NCBI GenBank assembly: GCA_963662655.2
Contig: CAXXTU010000002.1
Coordinates: 1,408,001 to 1,472,000, forward strand
Direction of reading: 5' to 3'
Length of the DNA: 64,000 bases
DNA from: Candidatus Cloacimonadales bacterium
GTDB lineage: Bacteria; Cloacimonadota; Cloacimonadia; Cloacimonadales; JAIOQZ01
Within the stretch, counting starts at the first letter, position 1. Every line of letters begins with the position of its first letter. The notes below the pieces were generated by a model that saw nothing but the letters and a program-made list of their open reading frames with translations, had not been told where the DNA came from and did no database searches. This document shows, one piece after another, positions 1-9,932 of the stretch. A program made the position numbers and the translations under genes.

Positions 1-250
1 AAACCGAGATGAAGCCGTACATGTTCGCTTCGCTGCAGAGGTCTTTGATCTGGTTCGATGTTGCGTCCGCTTTCAGATTGGTATGATCGATGTATTGAGC
101 CAGATCATTGAAATCGGTAGCAAGCTGATCCGGGTCCTCCGCGCGGCAACGAGGGCATTGCAGGCAAATTTCATGTGCTCCGCCGCAACGGCAGGGCTCC
201 ACTTTCTTCATCTCGAAGATTTCAATGAACAGGTTCTTGATATTTTCCAT
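1..250 (-). CDS. deoC: Deoxyribose-phosphate aldolase, 5' part (runs off the window), with Cys-rich N-terminal extension
   Basis: Manual translation from ATG 250: MENIKNLFIEIFEMKKVEPCRCGGAHEICLQCPRCRAEDPDQLATDFNDLAQYIDHTNLKADATSNQIKDLCSEANMYGFISV; IDHTxLKADAT...LCxEA..YGF.SV is the DeoC N-terminal signature. Confidence 0.85.
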   Translation of the reverse strand, partial: MENIKNLFIEIFEMKKVEPCRCGGAHEICLQCPRCRAEDPDQLATDFNDLAQYIDHTNLKADATSNQIKDLCSEANMYGFISV

Positions 251-310
251 ATTTTCCCCAATATCTGTTTGGTTACTTCATTACAGGAAAAATCCTGTAG
301 TTACACAATG

Positions 311-1348
311 TCAAGATTTTCTGACCTCTGGTTTCCTGGCGGTTCCCGCCAATTGCCCGCATGCGGCAGCGATATCCGTGCCCCGGCTTGTCCGGAGGGT
401 CACAGCAGCGCTCAGGCTGTGCAGCGACTCCGTGAAACGCTTGACTTCTTCATCCTTGGGCGGGTAGAAATCGTAGCCGGGCACCCGGTGATAGGGCAGC
501 AGGTTGATTTTACAGGATATATCGCCGACAAAAGCTTTCAGCGCTTTGGTGTCTTCTTCACCGGTGTTGAATCCACCGAACATGATGTACTCGAACGTTA
601 TCCGGTAGGGCGATCTTCTCCTGAAATCCAGAAGCGCTTTTTTAAGCTCTTCCAGCGGGTACATCCGATTGATCGGCATCAGCTTGTCCCGCTTCCAGGA
701 CAGCGCGGAGTTCAAGGACACCGCCAGTTTGATCTTCAGGCCCGATTGCCCCAGCTTGCGGATTCCCGGAATCACGCCACAGGTAGATATCGTCATCCTG
801 CGGGGACTGAAACCGATGTCCTCCTGCAGAATCCTGACCGCCTTCACCACGTTATCGTAGTTGTCAAGGGGTTCGCCCATGCCCATGAACACGAGATTCG
901 TGAGCTTGTCGTCCTTCAGCAAACGCATTGCCAGCAGTACCTGCCCTACGATCTCGGAAGGAAGCAGGTTCCTCGTGAGCCCGAGCCTGGCGGTGGCGCA
1001 AAACGCGCATCCGCGGGAGCAGCCCACTTGGGAGGAGATACAAAGCGTGTTCTTCGTCTCGGTCGGGATCAGCACCATTTCGACATGCGCTTCATCTTCA
1101 AGGAGAAGCAGGTATTTTCTGGTTTTGTCCTGCGAGATGCTTTCCTTGGCAATCTCGGGAAAGCGGCAGGTGTAGTTCTCCGACAGCGCTTTCTTGAGGT
1201 CGGCGGATAGCGTTGTCATCTGCATGAAATCGTCAACGCCCTTCTCGTAGAGCCAGTGCCTGATCTGCTTTACGCGAAATGGCTTAACGCCGTGCGCTTC
1301 GCATAATGAATGCAGCTCGTCAGGGGTCAAATCGATGAAGTGCTTCAT
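311..1348 (-). CDS. rlmN: 23S rRNA (A2503-C2) / tRNA methyltransferase RlmN, radical SAM
   Basis: CISSQVGCSRGCAFCAT (CxxxCxxC), FMGMGEPL, DIAAACGQL. Confidence 0.95.
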   Translation of the reverse strand: MKHFIDLTPDELHSLCEAHGVKPFRVKQIRHWLYEKGVDDFMQMTTLSADLKKALSENYTCRFPEIAKESISQDKTRKYLLLLEDEAHVEMVLIPTETKNTLCISSQVGCSRGCAFCATARLGLTRNLLPSEIVGQVLLAMRLLKDDKLTNLVFMGMGEPLDNYDNVVKAVRILQEDIGFSPRRMTISTCGVIPGIRKLGQSGLKIKLAVSLNSALSWKRDKLMPINRMYPLEELKKALLDFRRRSPYRITFEYIMFGGFNTGEEDTKALKAFVGDISCKINLLPYHRVPGYDFYPPKDEEVKRFTESLHSLSAAVTLRTSRGTDIAAACGQLAGTARKPEVRKS

Positions 1349-2250
1349 TTTCGTTTCGAGCTCAACTGCTGGTATTGCTCAAGCGTCAGGATTTCCGACA
1401 CCTGATCTTCCTGCGAAAGGTAGATGCGCTTGTTATAAATATCGTTCTTGAATACGAGATGCTTCTGCCCGTGGTAGAATACCTCGTCGCCCACTTCGGG
1501 GAAGTCCCTGGAGACCTCCTGATAATACTCTTCCTCGAAGTTCAGGCAGCAAAGCAGGCGTCCGCAGGGACCCGAGATTTTGGACAGATTGCCGGACAGA
1601 TTCTGGTCCTTCGCCATCTTGATGGTAATCTGATTGAAGTGCTTGAGGAATGTCGAGCAGCAGTAGTACTTACCGCACATCCCGATACCTCCGAGCTCCT
1701 TCGCTACGTCGCGCCCGGTTGTCTGGTGCAGCTCGATACGGGTGCGGAAAAAGGCGGCGAGTTCGCGCACGAATTCGCGGAAGTCGACACGCCCATCGGC
1801 GGTGAAGAAGAAGGTAAGTTTGTTTCCGTCGAACTGGTAGACGGTTTTAATGAGCTTCATCTCGAAGGGGTATTTCACGACCATCTCGTTGAAGCGGTCG
1901 GTGGCTTCCTGCTCGTTATCGATTACGTTTTTCAGCTTCTGAAGGTCCGTCTTCGAGGCCTTCCTGATGATGCCTTGCTGGCGCTTGTCATCGGGCGTCT
2001 TCTTGAATTCCTCGATCAGCTTCTCGTTGTGAACGGAGGAGTGCATAACTTTCGCGATGTCGAAACCGCGATCAACCTGCACGATCACCCACATCTCGGG
2101 GTGAATGAAAAAGGTGCCCGGATTGGCGTAGTACGCTATGCGTCCGGAGCGGAACTCCACTTCGACCAGTTCCAGATCCGGGATGTCGATCAGACCTTCG
2201 GTGATATTCTCGGTCACTTCCTCAATACTTTCATTTATCGTATGATCCAT
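1345..2250 (-). CDS. PSP1-domain / RicT(YaaT)-family Fe-S protein
   Basis: FTADGRVDFREFVRELA, GGIGMCGKYYCC, KISGPCGRLLCCL; ATG 2250 has a GGAG RBS (ORF track extends to 2292). Confidence 0.88.
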   Translation of the reverse strand: MDHTINESIEEVTENITEGLIDIPDLELVEVEFRSGRIAYYANPGTFFIHPEMWVIVQVDRGFDIAKVMHSSVHNEKLIEEFKKTPDDKRQQGIIRKASKTDLQKLKNVIDNEQEATDRFNEMVVKYPFEMKLIKTVYQFDGNKLTFFFTADGRVDFREFVRELAAFFRTRIELHQTTGRDVAKELGGIGMCGKYYCCSTFLKHFNQITIKMAKDQNLSGNLSKISGPCGRLLCCLNFEEEYYQEVSRDFPEVGDEVFYHGQKHLVFKNDIYNKRIYLSQEDQVSEILTLEQYQQLSSKRK

Positions 2251-2288
2251 TGATTCTCCATGTTCGATCTTCTTGCAGGCTGGGCCTG

Positions 2289-3512
2289 TCACGATCGCGT
2301 TTTGTCAAAAACACGCGATTCCAGATTCTTGTAAAGCTCTTTTTCGCACTCGCTTAAATCAAGTTTGCGACGCCCTTTCACCAGCGCTGCCGTTTCCAGA
2401 AACTTTTCGATACGGTATTCTGTCTGCGAATCGCCCGTACCCCAACTGAAATCTGGAACGAAGTCCTTGATAAGCCCAGGACCGTAGAGATTACATCCAA
2501 CTCCGATCACCGTGCCCGTGTTGATAGAGCAATTGATTCCTGTCTTGGCATGGTCGCCGATAACGGCCCCCAAAAAGGTTTCGCCAGAATCGACTTTTTC
2601 ATCGCGTCCGTATACGTACACCTTCACGGTGGAGTAGTTGTTCTTGAGGTCGCTGTTGTTGGTGTCCGCCCCCAGATTGACCCATTCCCCGAGATAGCTG
2701 TGCCCGAGGAAACCCTCGTGCTGCTTGTTTGAATATCCCTGAACAATAACGCCTTCCACCTCGCCGCCTATCTTGCAGACGGGTCCCAACGAGGTGCCTT
2801 CACCGACTCTCGCAACGGCTTTAATTTGCGAATTCTTCCCCACGTAAAGAGGCCCCGTCAGCACGGCGTTGGGATGAATGATCGCGCCTTCGTCTATCAC
2901 GACAGGCCCCTCGGTGGCATCGATCACCACGCCGGGCATGATTTTCGCGTCCTCACCGAGCCAGATGCGGTACGGATTGAGCGTTGTCACGCCGGGCTCG
3001 ACCTCGCAGAACGTCACGTCGTCGTGCAGGAATCGCTCGTAATCCTCGGTGATGTTATCGCCGTTCGCGAGGATGATCTCCCACAGGTAGTTCCACAGAC
3101 ACCGCTCTTCGATTTGCTTATCTTGCAGATCAGCAAAATCGAGGTCCGCCATCGTCACCTCACCGCGGCTCAGTTTACACTTCGCCGCGACGACCCCGTC
3201 CGGGCAGGTGAGTTTTGTGTTTGCAGGCAGGTTTTCGATCAGATCGAGGATGTCGTCGTCCATTCTGAATCTGGAATTGACCATAGTGTATTCACCCGTT
3301 TCAAAAACATTGATCTCCCAGTCCTCGTGCCGTTCCCGGTAGAGCGGAACCAGCGATTCGTCGATCACCACACGATTGATCTCCTCGCCCAGCATCGCGG
3401 TGATTTTTTGACGCTGCTTGAGGATTCCGGTGCGCAGGTCGCCGGTCGACCTGGTAGAGGTAATCGGGAAAAAGTTCTTCCATTTATGATCATCAAAGAT
3501 GATTACTTGCAT
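2289..3512 (-). CDS. GlmU-like putative sugar nucleotidyltransferase/acetyltransferase with left-handed beta-helix
   Basis: FFPITSTRSTGDLRTGIL N-terminus; hexapeptide repeats; HEGFLGHSYLGEWVNLGADTNNSDLKN. Confidence 0.8.
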   Translation of the reverse strand: MQVIIFDDHKWKNFFPITSTRSTGDLRTGILKQRQKITAMLGEEINRVVIDESLVPLYRERHEDWEINVFETGEYTMVNSRFRMDDDILDLIENLPANTKLTCPDGVVAAKCKLSRGEVTMADLDFADLQDKQIEERCLWNYLWEIILANGDNITEDYERFLHDDVTFCEVEPGVTTLNPYRIWLGEDAKIMPGVVIDATEGPVVIDEGAIIHPNAVLTGPLYVGKNSQIKAVARVGEGTSLGPVCKIGGEVEGVIVQGYSNKQHEGFLGHSYLGEWVNLGADTNNSDLKNNYSTVKVYVYGRDEKVDSGETFLGAVIGDHAKTGINCSINTGTVIGVGCNLYGPGLIKDFVPDFSWGTGDSQTEYRIEKFLETAALVKGRRKLDLSECEKELYKNLESRVFDKTRS

Positions 3513-3528
3513 ATATCTCTCCTCGCGG

Positions 3529-4689
3529 TCACGATCTCCCGTGCCACTTGTAAACGTTCAGAATGCCTCGTAATGCCGTTATAACAATGTATATGGGTTG
3601 CAACAGGTACCATATCGGAAAAAACCACATCCGCCGGGTCTCGAACAGAAAACGCTCCATCGCGACCTTGAGAAAATGCCACTCGCCGATCAGCCGCGCG
3701 GCCCAGATGATCAGCGCGACCCGGATGTCGTAGAAAAACATGACGACCGACATCGCATGCATGACCGCAACCGCGGACAGGTATGCGAAGAACTCGGGAT
3801 TCAGGCTCAACTGCGCCTTCAGGTTGGACGCCCAGCGCGAACGCTGATTGAAGAAGCTGCTCATCGAATCGATCGGACGCGTATATACGAAGGTGTGCGC
3901 GTTGGAGGCAAACCGTATTCCCAGGCCGGCATTCCGTATCAACTGCATCAGGTTCACGTCGTCGCCGGACACCAGATGCGCCACGCGCGTAAACCCGCCA
4001 ACCCTGTCATACGCACTGCGGCGGTACGCGAGATTCTGTCCGGAGCATGAAAACGCGTTCCCGGCTCCGATCGCTCCCGCAGCCGCGGCAAAGATCGCGA
4101 ACACGTCGAAATACTCGTACTTCTGAACAAAAGATGCCTTCTTCCAGTCGAGAATCTTGGGACGTGAATAACCCGCAACCAAGTCAACGCCATCCTCAAA
4201 GCACGCGACCATGCTTTCGATCCAGAAACGCGAGACAACGCAATCCGCATCCGTAGTGAGGACGATCTCTCCACTGCATGCCTCGATCGCCTGCGTCAGC
4301 GCGTTTTTCTTGGGGGAACGGGCCTTCTCCCGATCCTGCACCGAAAGATGAATCACATGATCCCACTTCTCGCAGAACAGCCTGACCTTCTCCGCGGTGT
4401 CGTCCGTCGACTGGTCGTCCGCGATGATAATCTGGTAGCGCTCTTGCGGATAACTCTGATTGACCAGTGACGTGAGTAGCATCTGGATGTTCCTGCCTTC
4501 GTTGCGCGCCGCCACCACGACGGAGACCATCGGCTTCGTGTATGATTCGCCGGACTTCAGAGACATCAGGCCCTTGCGGAATCGCATGGTGTAAAGCACA
4601 TATACGGCAATGGATATCAGGCTCAGCGCCTGAAGTATCGTCGCGGTCGATATTGTCATGCTATGGTTCGGGGTAGTAGATATCTCCAT
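3529..4689 (-). CDS. Family 2 glycosyltransferase, membrane-bound
   Basis: VSVVVAARNE, DDQSTD, TDAD, SGDD and QRSRW motifs with flanking TM helices; alternative start 4659. Confidence 0.9.
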   Translation of the reverse strand: MEISTTPNHSMTISTATILQALSLISIAVYVLYTMRFRKGLMSLKSGESYTKPMVSVVVAARNEGRNIQMLLTSLVNQSYPQERYQIIIADDQSTDDTAEKVRLFCEKWDHVIHLSVQDREKARSPKKNALTQAIEACSGEIVLTTDADCVVSRFWIESMVACFEDGVDLVAGYSRPKILDWKKASFVQKYEYFDVFAIFAAAAGAIGAGNAFSCSGQNLAYRRSAYDRVGGFTRVAHLVSGDDVNLMQLIRNAGLGIRFASNAHTFVYTRPIDSMSSFFNQRSRWASNLKAQLSLNPEFFAYLSAVAVMHAMSVVMFFYDIRVALIIWAARLIGEWHFLKVAMERFLFETRRMWFFPIWYLLQPIYIVITALRGILNVYKWHGRS

Positions 4690-6871
4690 CCGAGAGATCG
4701 AGCGAATCCAGAATCGCCGGATCGCGATCCAGCAGGAAATAGGTACACTCCTTATCGCTCTCCCTGTAACGGGTGGGATAGAAATTGTAGTTCAAGCTGT
4801 CCGAAAGCGGCGTAGGCTGCGTCCCCATGATGAACACCTCGTTGATTCGCTCTTCGTAGTAGTTCTTGGGGAGCAGTCCCGTACGTGCCGAAATCTCGAC
4901 GTTGATCAAACCGTCCGGACGCTTGAAGTCGAGAACGGTTCCGTCGATGACCGAATTTCCTTGCGCGTTGAGTGGGGCGTCTTTCTCTAGCGCGTACTTC
5001 ATTATGTACGGCCACGGAGGCAGCGCTGCCGAAGCGCCGGTCTGCTTCTCTCCGAGCGATGAGTTGTCGTCGAATCCTACCCAGATCCCGGCGACAAGCT
5101 CTCGATTGTAGCCGATAAACCATGCGTCGCGGTAGTCGTCGGTGGTACCCGTCTTGGCTCCTGCCGCCCAGCGATAGCCTCGCCAGCGGATTCCCGCGCC
5201 GGTGCCGCCGGGCTCCGTCACGGACTGCATCAAATTCACCATCATGTAGGCGATTTTCTCGTCCGTAACGCGGATTCGTTCAACCGACGCCTCCTCCAGG
5301 ATCGTGCCGTCGGAGTCCTCGACTCTTCGCACGAAGAACGGCGTGACTCTTTCACCCAGGTTCGGGAAGGTTGTATAGGCTGAGATCATCTCCAGCGGTT
5401 GCACCTCCATCGAACCCACGGCAAGCGAATATACAGGGATCAAAGATGTTGTGATACCGAACTGGCGCGCTTTTCGCACCACCGATCGTGGTCCGATATC
5501 GGCCAGGGTCTTAACCGAATAAACGTTACGCGACTTTCTCAAGCCGTCGCGCAGACGCGTATAGCCAAAATGGTCTTCGGTGTAATTGTGTGGCGCCCAG
5601 AAAACCGAATCACCCTGAATGAAATACACCGGCTTGTCGTCGATAACCGTTGCAGCGGTGTATCCCTTCTCGAGCGCGGTTGTGTAGATGATCGGCTTGA
5701 AGGACGATCCCGGGGGACGCCGGGCGTGAACCATGCGGTTGAACTTGCTGTGATTGAAGTTCCTCCCGCCGATCATCACGCGGACAGCTCCCGTTTCCGC
5801 GTCCATAACAATCGAACCGCCCTGAACATAGGGCGTTACGATGTCCGTGGTGTCGCGGGGGAAATCGTTGTACTTCACTTCGTATTCGTTCTTTTCTTCG
5901 AACTCGATCAAATGCTTGTTCAACGCCGAATCGGCGTAGCGCGTCAGATCGATGTCGAGGGTGGTGTATATGCTCAAACCGCCGGCAAAAAGCTTGGTCG
6001 TGCCGTAACGGTCTTCCAGAATCTTGCGTATGTATTCGATGAAATAGTCGTCCGCGCTGCGGTTGGCCTTGTCGTGGTACAGATTCAGGGGCTCGTTTAC
6101 GTATTGATCGAAATCATCCCCAGTGATGAAGCCCTCGTCCCGCATCCGCATCAGCACCACGTTACGACGCTGGACAGCCCTCTCGGGATGCCGGGTGGGA
6201 TCGTATCTTCCGGGCAACTGCGTGATCCCGACGATCAGCGCGGCCTCGGGAACCGTCAACTCGACGGGCTTCTTGTTGAAGTAGATCATCGCGGCAGATG
6301 ATACTCCGTAGATACCGATTCCGAAAGGAACCTTGTTGAAATAAAGCTCGAGAATCTCGTCCTTGGAATACATCTTCTCGATCTGCACGGCGAGAAGCGC
6401 TTCTTTGACCTTGCGTGGAATCGTTTTGTCCAGCGTCAGGAAGAGGTTCCGCGAAAGTTGCTGGGAGATCGTGCTCGCACCTTGCGAAAAATCGAAATGC
6501 AGCACGTCGATGAGCAGCGCTCGGGTCAATCCATAGAGGTCGACACCCCAATGCCGGTAGAAATTGGTGTCTTCCGTAGCCAGAAGCGCATCCACCATGT
6601 AGGGCGGTATCTCGCTCAATGGAGAATAGGTGCGTCGCTCCACGGCGAAGGTGTGAATGAGGTTGTCGTTGCGATCAAACACCTTCGAGCCGATCTTGAG
6701 ATCGTAGTGCTTCAGCTCGCTCAGCGGCGGCAATTCGTCGCTGTAATAATGAAAGAGCCCGGCCAGGCAGGAGATACCGAAGATCGCCAGCGCCAGCATG
6801 ATGTAAAAAACGATGAGAACAGGCCTGAGCAGCCCTCTATCTTCACACGTCCTTTTCTTGATAATCTGCAT
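4661..6871 (-). CDS. Class A penicillin-binding protein 1A (transglycosylase/transpeptidase)
   Basis: EDTNFYRHWG, GASTISQQL, RKVKE; SSFK, SRN, KTGT motifs; N-terminal TM anchor. Confidence 0.93.
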   Translation of the reverse strand: MQIIKKRTCEDRGLLRPVLIVFYIMLALAIFGISCLAGLFHYYSDELPPLSELKHYDLKIGSKVFDRNDNLIHTFAVERRTYSPLSEIPPYMVDALLATEDTNFYRHWGVDLYGLTRALLIDVLHFDFSQGASTISQQLSRNLFLTLDKTIPRKVKEALLAVQIEKMYSKDEILELYFNKVPFGIGIYGVSSAAMIYFNKKPVELTVPEAALIVGITQLPGRYDPTRHPERAVQRRNVVLMRMRDEGFITGDDFDQYVNEPLNLYHDKANRSADDYFIEYIRKILEDRYGTTKLFAGGLSIYTTLDIDLTRYADSALNKHLIEFEEKNEYEVKYNDFPRDTTDIVTPYVQGGSIVMDAETGAVRVMIGGRNFNHSKFNRMVHARRPPGSSFKPIIYTTALEKGYTAATVIDDKPVYFIQGDSVFWAPHNYTEDHFGYTRLRDGLRKSRNVYSVKTLADIGPRSVVRKARQFGITTSLIPVYSLAVGSMEVQPLEMISAYTTFPNLGERVTPFFVRRVEDSDGTILEEASVERIRVTDEKIAYMMVNLMQSVTEPGGTGAGIRWRGYRWAAGAKTGTTDDYRDAWFIGYNRELVAGIWVGFDDNSSLGEKQTGASAALPPWPYIMKYALEKDAPLNAQGNSVIDGTVLDFKRPDGLINVEISARTGLLPKNYYEERINEVFIMGTQPTPLSDSLNYNFYPTRYRESDKECTYFLLDRDPAILDSLDLSDGDIYYPEP

Positions 6872-7385
6872 AATACTTCCGATAAATCGTTCGATGAAAA
6901 ACCTCGACAAGGTAACCTGTTACGATTCCTGTTCCTATTCCCAATAAAATAAGTACAGGCGTCAATCGAAATATACCGTTTTCAGGAAAAATCACCAGCC
7001 GGACTACCCCCAGTTGCGCCACATTGTGGAAAACCGCGCCACCGACACTGATACCGATTACGCTGAAATTTACCGGCGAGTGAGTCAACAGAATCATGGC
7101 GAGCATGGAGCAGGTTGTCGCTCCCAGCGATACCAGAGTTGTAGGACTGAAGATCAATCCCGAAAAAACGCTTCCGAGAGCTACCTTCATGTAGCCCACG
7201 AGCACGGCTTCACGCGTATTCCTCGTGTAGATCAGAAGAACGACGGGGATGTTCGCCAACCCCAGCCTCAAAAAGGGAAGCGGCTTCGGCATCCAGCTCT
7301 CGATCGCGAACGCCGTGGCCGAAAAGGCTGTCAGAAGCGCCAGCATCACCAGATATCGCTCTCGGGGGAGTTCCCGTAATCGCAT
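6843..7385 (-). CDS. Gx transporter family membrane protein (often labelled heptaprenyl diphosphate synthase component I)
   Basis: IESWMPKPLPFLRLGLANI and GAVFHNVAQL; start set at ATG 7385 because the ORF-track extension runs over the terminator and tRNA. Confidence 0.8.
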   Translation of the reverse strand: MRLRELPRERYLVMLALLTAFSATAFAIESWMPKPLPFLRLGLANIPVVLLIYTRNTREAVLVGYMKVALGSVFSGLIFSPTTLVSLGATTCSMLAMILLTHSPVNFSVIGISVGGAVFHNVAQLGVVRLVIFPENGIFRLTPVLILLGIGTGIVTGYLVEVFHRTIYRKYYADYQEKDV

Positions 7386-7402
7386 GAATTTCTCCCTGAA
7401 AT

Positions 7403-7436
7403 AAAAAAAGCCGTCACGCTTTGAGCGCACGGCTTT
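7403..7436 (-). terminator. Intrinsic terminator after tRNA-Leu
   Basis: Minus strand AAAGCCGTGCGCTCAAAGCGTGACGGC followed by TTTTTTT. Confidence 0.7.
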
Positions 7437-7448
7437 CATATCAATATA

Positions 7449-7535
7449 TGGTGCAGAAGGGGGGACTCGAACCCCCAAGGGCGTACGCCCACTAGACCCT
7501 GAACCTAGCGTGTTTGCCGATTTCACCACTTCTGC
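7449..7535 (-). tRNA. tRNA-Leu (CAG)
   Basis: GCAGAAG acceptor stem, anticodon arm CTAGG-TTCAGGG-TCTAG, long variable arm GGGCGTACGCCC, GGTTCGAGTCC, encoded CCA. Confidence 0.95.
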
Positions 7536-7724
7536 GTTTCACTCTCTTGAATGAGCATCAAATTATTCAGCGCTGTTCCGGCGTCAAGAAAAATGTTCGA
7601 CAATTTGCAAAACTCCAGGGAGGAAACTCGCTAATCCATTCCGATGCGTAGAAATTCCTTTACAATCAGTGCGCAAAATCGCGTTTTCAATTGTGGATTT
7701 ACTGTTATCAACTTGTGGGGAAAT

Positions 7725-8231
7725 ATGAAGACTATGAGAAAACCAATGGTTGCCGTCATCGGAAGAAGCGGAGACATCGGCGAGGAACTCCACCAAACCG
7801 CCTACGATATCGGCAGGCGCCTTGCGGAAATGGGAATCGCGATCGTCTGCGGCGGGCGCGACGGCGTTATGGAAGCCGTTTGCAAAGGCGCGAAATCGGC
7901 CGACGGTACCACGATCGGCATCGCCATGAGCTACGGCACGGAGGAATCGAATCACTACGTGGATTACGTGATTCCTACAGGGCTACAATTGGCGAGAAAC
8001 GTTTGTGTCGTCTCTTCGGGAGACCTCGTTATCTCCATCGGCGGAAGCTTCGGGACACTCTCGGAAATATCCCACGCGATGAACCTCGGCAAGCAAATCG
8101 TCGGAATCCATTCATGGACGAAGCTCGAGGGATACTGCGGCACGCACGAGATCGATTCCCGCGAGAGCGTGGAACAGATCATCGCGTACGTTAAAGCATT
8201 CTACGAAGAAGCCAATCGATCGAAACAATAA
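7725..8231 (+). CDS. LOG-family (TIGR00725-like) Rossmann-fold nucleotide-binding protein
   Basis: VCGGRDGVMEAVCKGA, ARN, IGGSFGTLSEI. Confidence 0.85.
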   Translation: MKTMRKPMVAVIGRSGDIGEELHQTAYDIGRRLAEMGIAIVCGGRDGVMEAVCKGAKSADGTTIGIAMSYGTEESNHYVDYVIPTGLQLARNVCVVSSGDLVISIGGSFGTLSEISHAMNLGKQIVGIHSWTKLEGYCGTHEIDSRESVEQIIAYVKAFYEEANRSKQ

Positions 8232-8244
8232 CGGAGCCGCACCG

Positions 8245-9870
8245 ATGTCTCGCAAACAAATCTCCGGCCGCATCGTCGATGTTGTCGCAGGCAGGATTTA
8301 CACCGGCATCCTCCATTTCGAGGAGGGAATCATCAAGAAAATCGAGCCCGTAAACAAGGTGGAGAGCCAGTATATTCTTCCCGGCCTGGTCGACGCGCAC
8401 GTCCACATCGAAAGCTCGATGTGCCTTCCCTCGGCTTTCGGAGCCGCGGCTGCATGTCACGGAACGCTGGCCGCGGTATGCGACCCTCACGAGATCGCCA
8501 ACATCCTGGGGATCGAGGGTATCGACTACATGATCGAGAACGCTTCGAAATCGCCCGTTGAATTCCACTTCGGCGCGCCATCCTGCGTCCCGGCGTCTCC
8601 CTTCGAGACCTCCGGCTCAATCCTCGATTCCGGGCAGGTTTCGCTACTGCTCGCCCGACCGGACATCGGCTACCTGAGCGAGATGATGAACTACCCGGGC
8701 GTTATCAACGGCGATCCGGAAGTCTTGCGCAAAATCGAAGCAGCCAGACGTGCCAACAAGCCAATAGACGGCCATTCTCCAGGTCTGCGAGGAGATGACC
8801 TCGCGAGGTACGTCGCCGCGGGAATAACCACGGATCACGAGACTCTGACGCTCGAAGAAGGCAGAGAGAAGATCGCCCTCGGAATGAAGGTCATCCTGCG
8901 AAGCGGAAGCGCTGCGGATAACCTGGAGGAGCTCCTTCCCCTGCTTGAGGAATCGCCCGAAATGTGCATGTTCTGCACGGACGATATTCACCCCGACGCG
9001 CTCAAACGCGGTCACATCGATCGGATCATACGCAAAGCGATTGGGGCAGGCTTCTCCCCCATGAACATCATCCGCGCCGCAACCCTCAATCCGGTTCGAC
9101 ACTACGGATTGAAGCTTGGCTTGCTTCAGGAAGGCGATCCGGCAGATTTCATCGTCGTCGACCATCTGGATTCATTCCGGGTAATCCGCTCCTACAGAAA
9201 TGGAGAAATGATCGCCGAAAATGGTCGCTACCTTCTTCCCATCCAAACCAGTCAGCCAATCAATCGATTTTCCGCCCGGGAGATTGCAACGGAGGGTCTC
9301 GAAATCCGTTCAACTTCCAAAAGGATACGCGTGATTCAGGCGATCGACCGGCAGGTTTACACCGGCAGCGATTTCGAGGCGGTCGAGGCCGACGCGCCGA
9401 TCCTTCCGAATCCCGGGCGCGATATGCTGAAACTGGTCGTGCTCAATCGCTACGTCGACGCCAAACCCGCAGTCGCTTTCGTTCGAGGCTTCGGGCTCCG
9501 GCAAGGCGCTATCGCATCGAGCATCGCGCATGACTCGCACAACATCATCGCGGTTGGGGCGGACGACGCGTCCATCTGCAGGGCCGTGAACGCCGTCATT
9601 GCACATCGCGGAGGAATCTGCGCGTCAAATGACGACGGCATCGACATTCTGCCTCTGCCTGTTGCTGGCTTGATGAGCACGAAAGGCGTGGATGAAACCG
9701 CCGCGAAATACCTGCGCCTGAGCGAGAAGGCCAGGGAAATGGGAAGCGAGCTAAGCGCTCCGTTCATGACGCTCTCGTTCATGGGGCTTACGGTGATTCC
9801 CGAACTCAAGCTGAGCGACAGAGGGCTGTTCGATGGAAAAAGCTTCAGCTTCCGCCGACTTGAAGCTTGA
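8245..9870 (+). CDS. ade: Adenine deaminase
   Basis: PGLVDAHVHIESS, DPHEIAN, EMMNYPGV, DGHSP, CTDD, AHDSHN. Confidence 0.95.
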   Translation: MSRKQISGRIVDVVAGRIYTGILHFEEGIIKKIEPVNKVESQYILPGLVDAHVHIESSMCLPSAFGAAAACHGTLAAVCDPHEIANILGIEGIDYMIENASKSPVEFHFGAPSCVPASPFETSGSILDSGQVSLLLARPDIGYLSEMMNYPGVINGDPEVLRKIEAARRANKPIDGHSPGLRGDDLARYVAAGITTDHETLTLEEGREKIALGMKVILRSGSAADNLEELLPLLEESPEMCMFCTDDIHPDALKRGHIDRIIRKAIGAGFSPMNIIRAATLNPVRHYGLKLGLLQEGDPADFIVVDHLDSFRVIRSYRNGEMIAENGRYLLPIQTSQPINRFSAREIATEGLEIRSTSKRIRVIQAIDRQVYTGSDFEAVEADAPILPNPGRDMLKLVVLNRYVDAKPAVAFVRGFGLRQGAIASSIAHDSHNIIAVGADDASICRAVNAVIAHRGGICASNDDGIDILPLPVAGLMSTKGVDETAAKYLRLSEKAREMGSELSAPFMTLSFMGLTVIPELKLSDRGLFDGKSFSFRRLEA

Positions 9871-9932
9871 CCGATTTTTCGCAAAATGATATTTGCCTTG
9901 AATATAGAATAGCAACGTATATGGAGCTTAAC

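Noticed and set aside
83..1210. Long + strand ORF (375 aa) and many similar antisense ORFs across the window (e.g. 5399-6301, 9450-10601, 19124-20179, 55472-56638)
   Set aside because: They are shadows of well-supported genes on the opposite strand, with no recognisable motifs
7386..7529. N-terminal extension of the Gx transporter ORF
   Set aside because: It is a read-through of tRNA-Leu and its terminator
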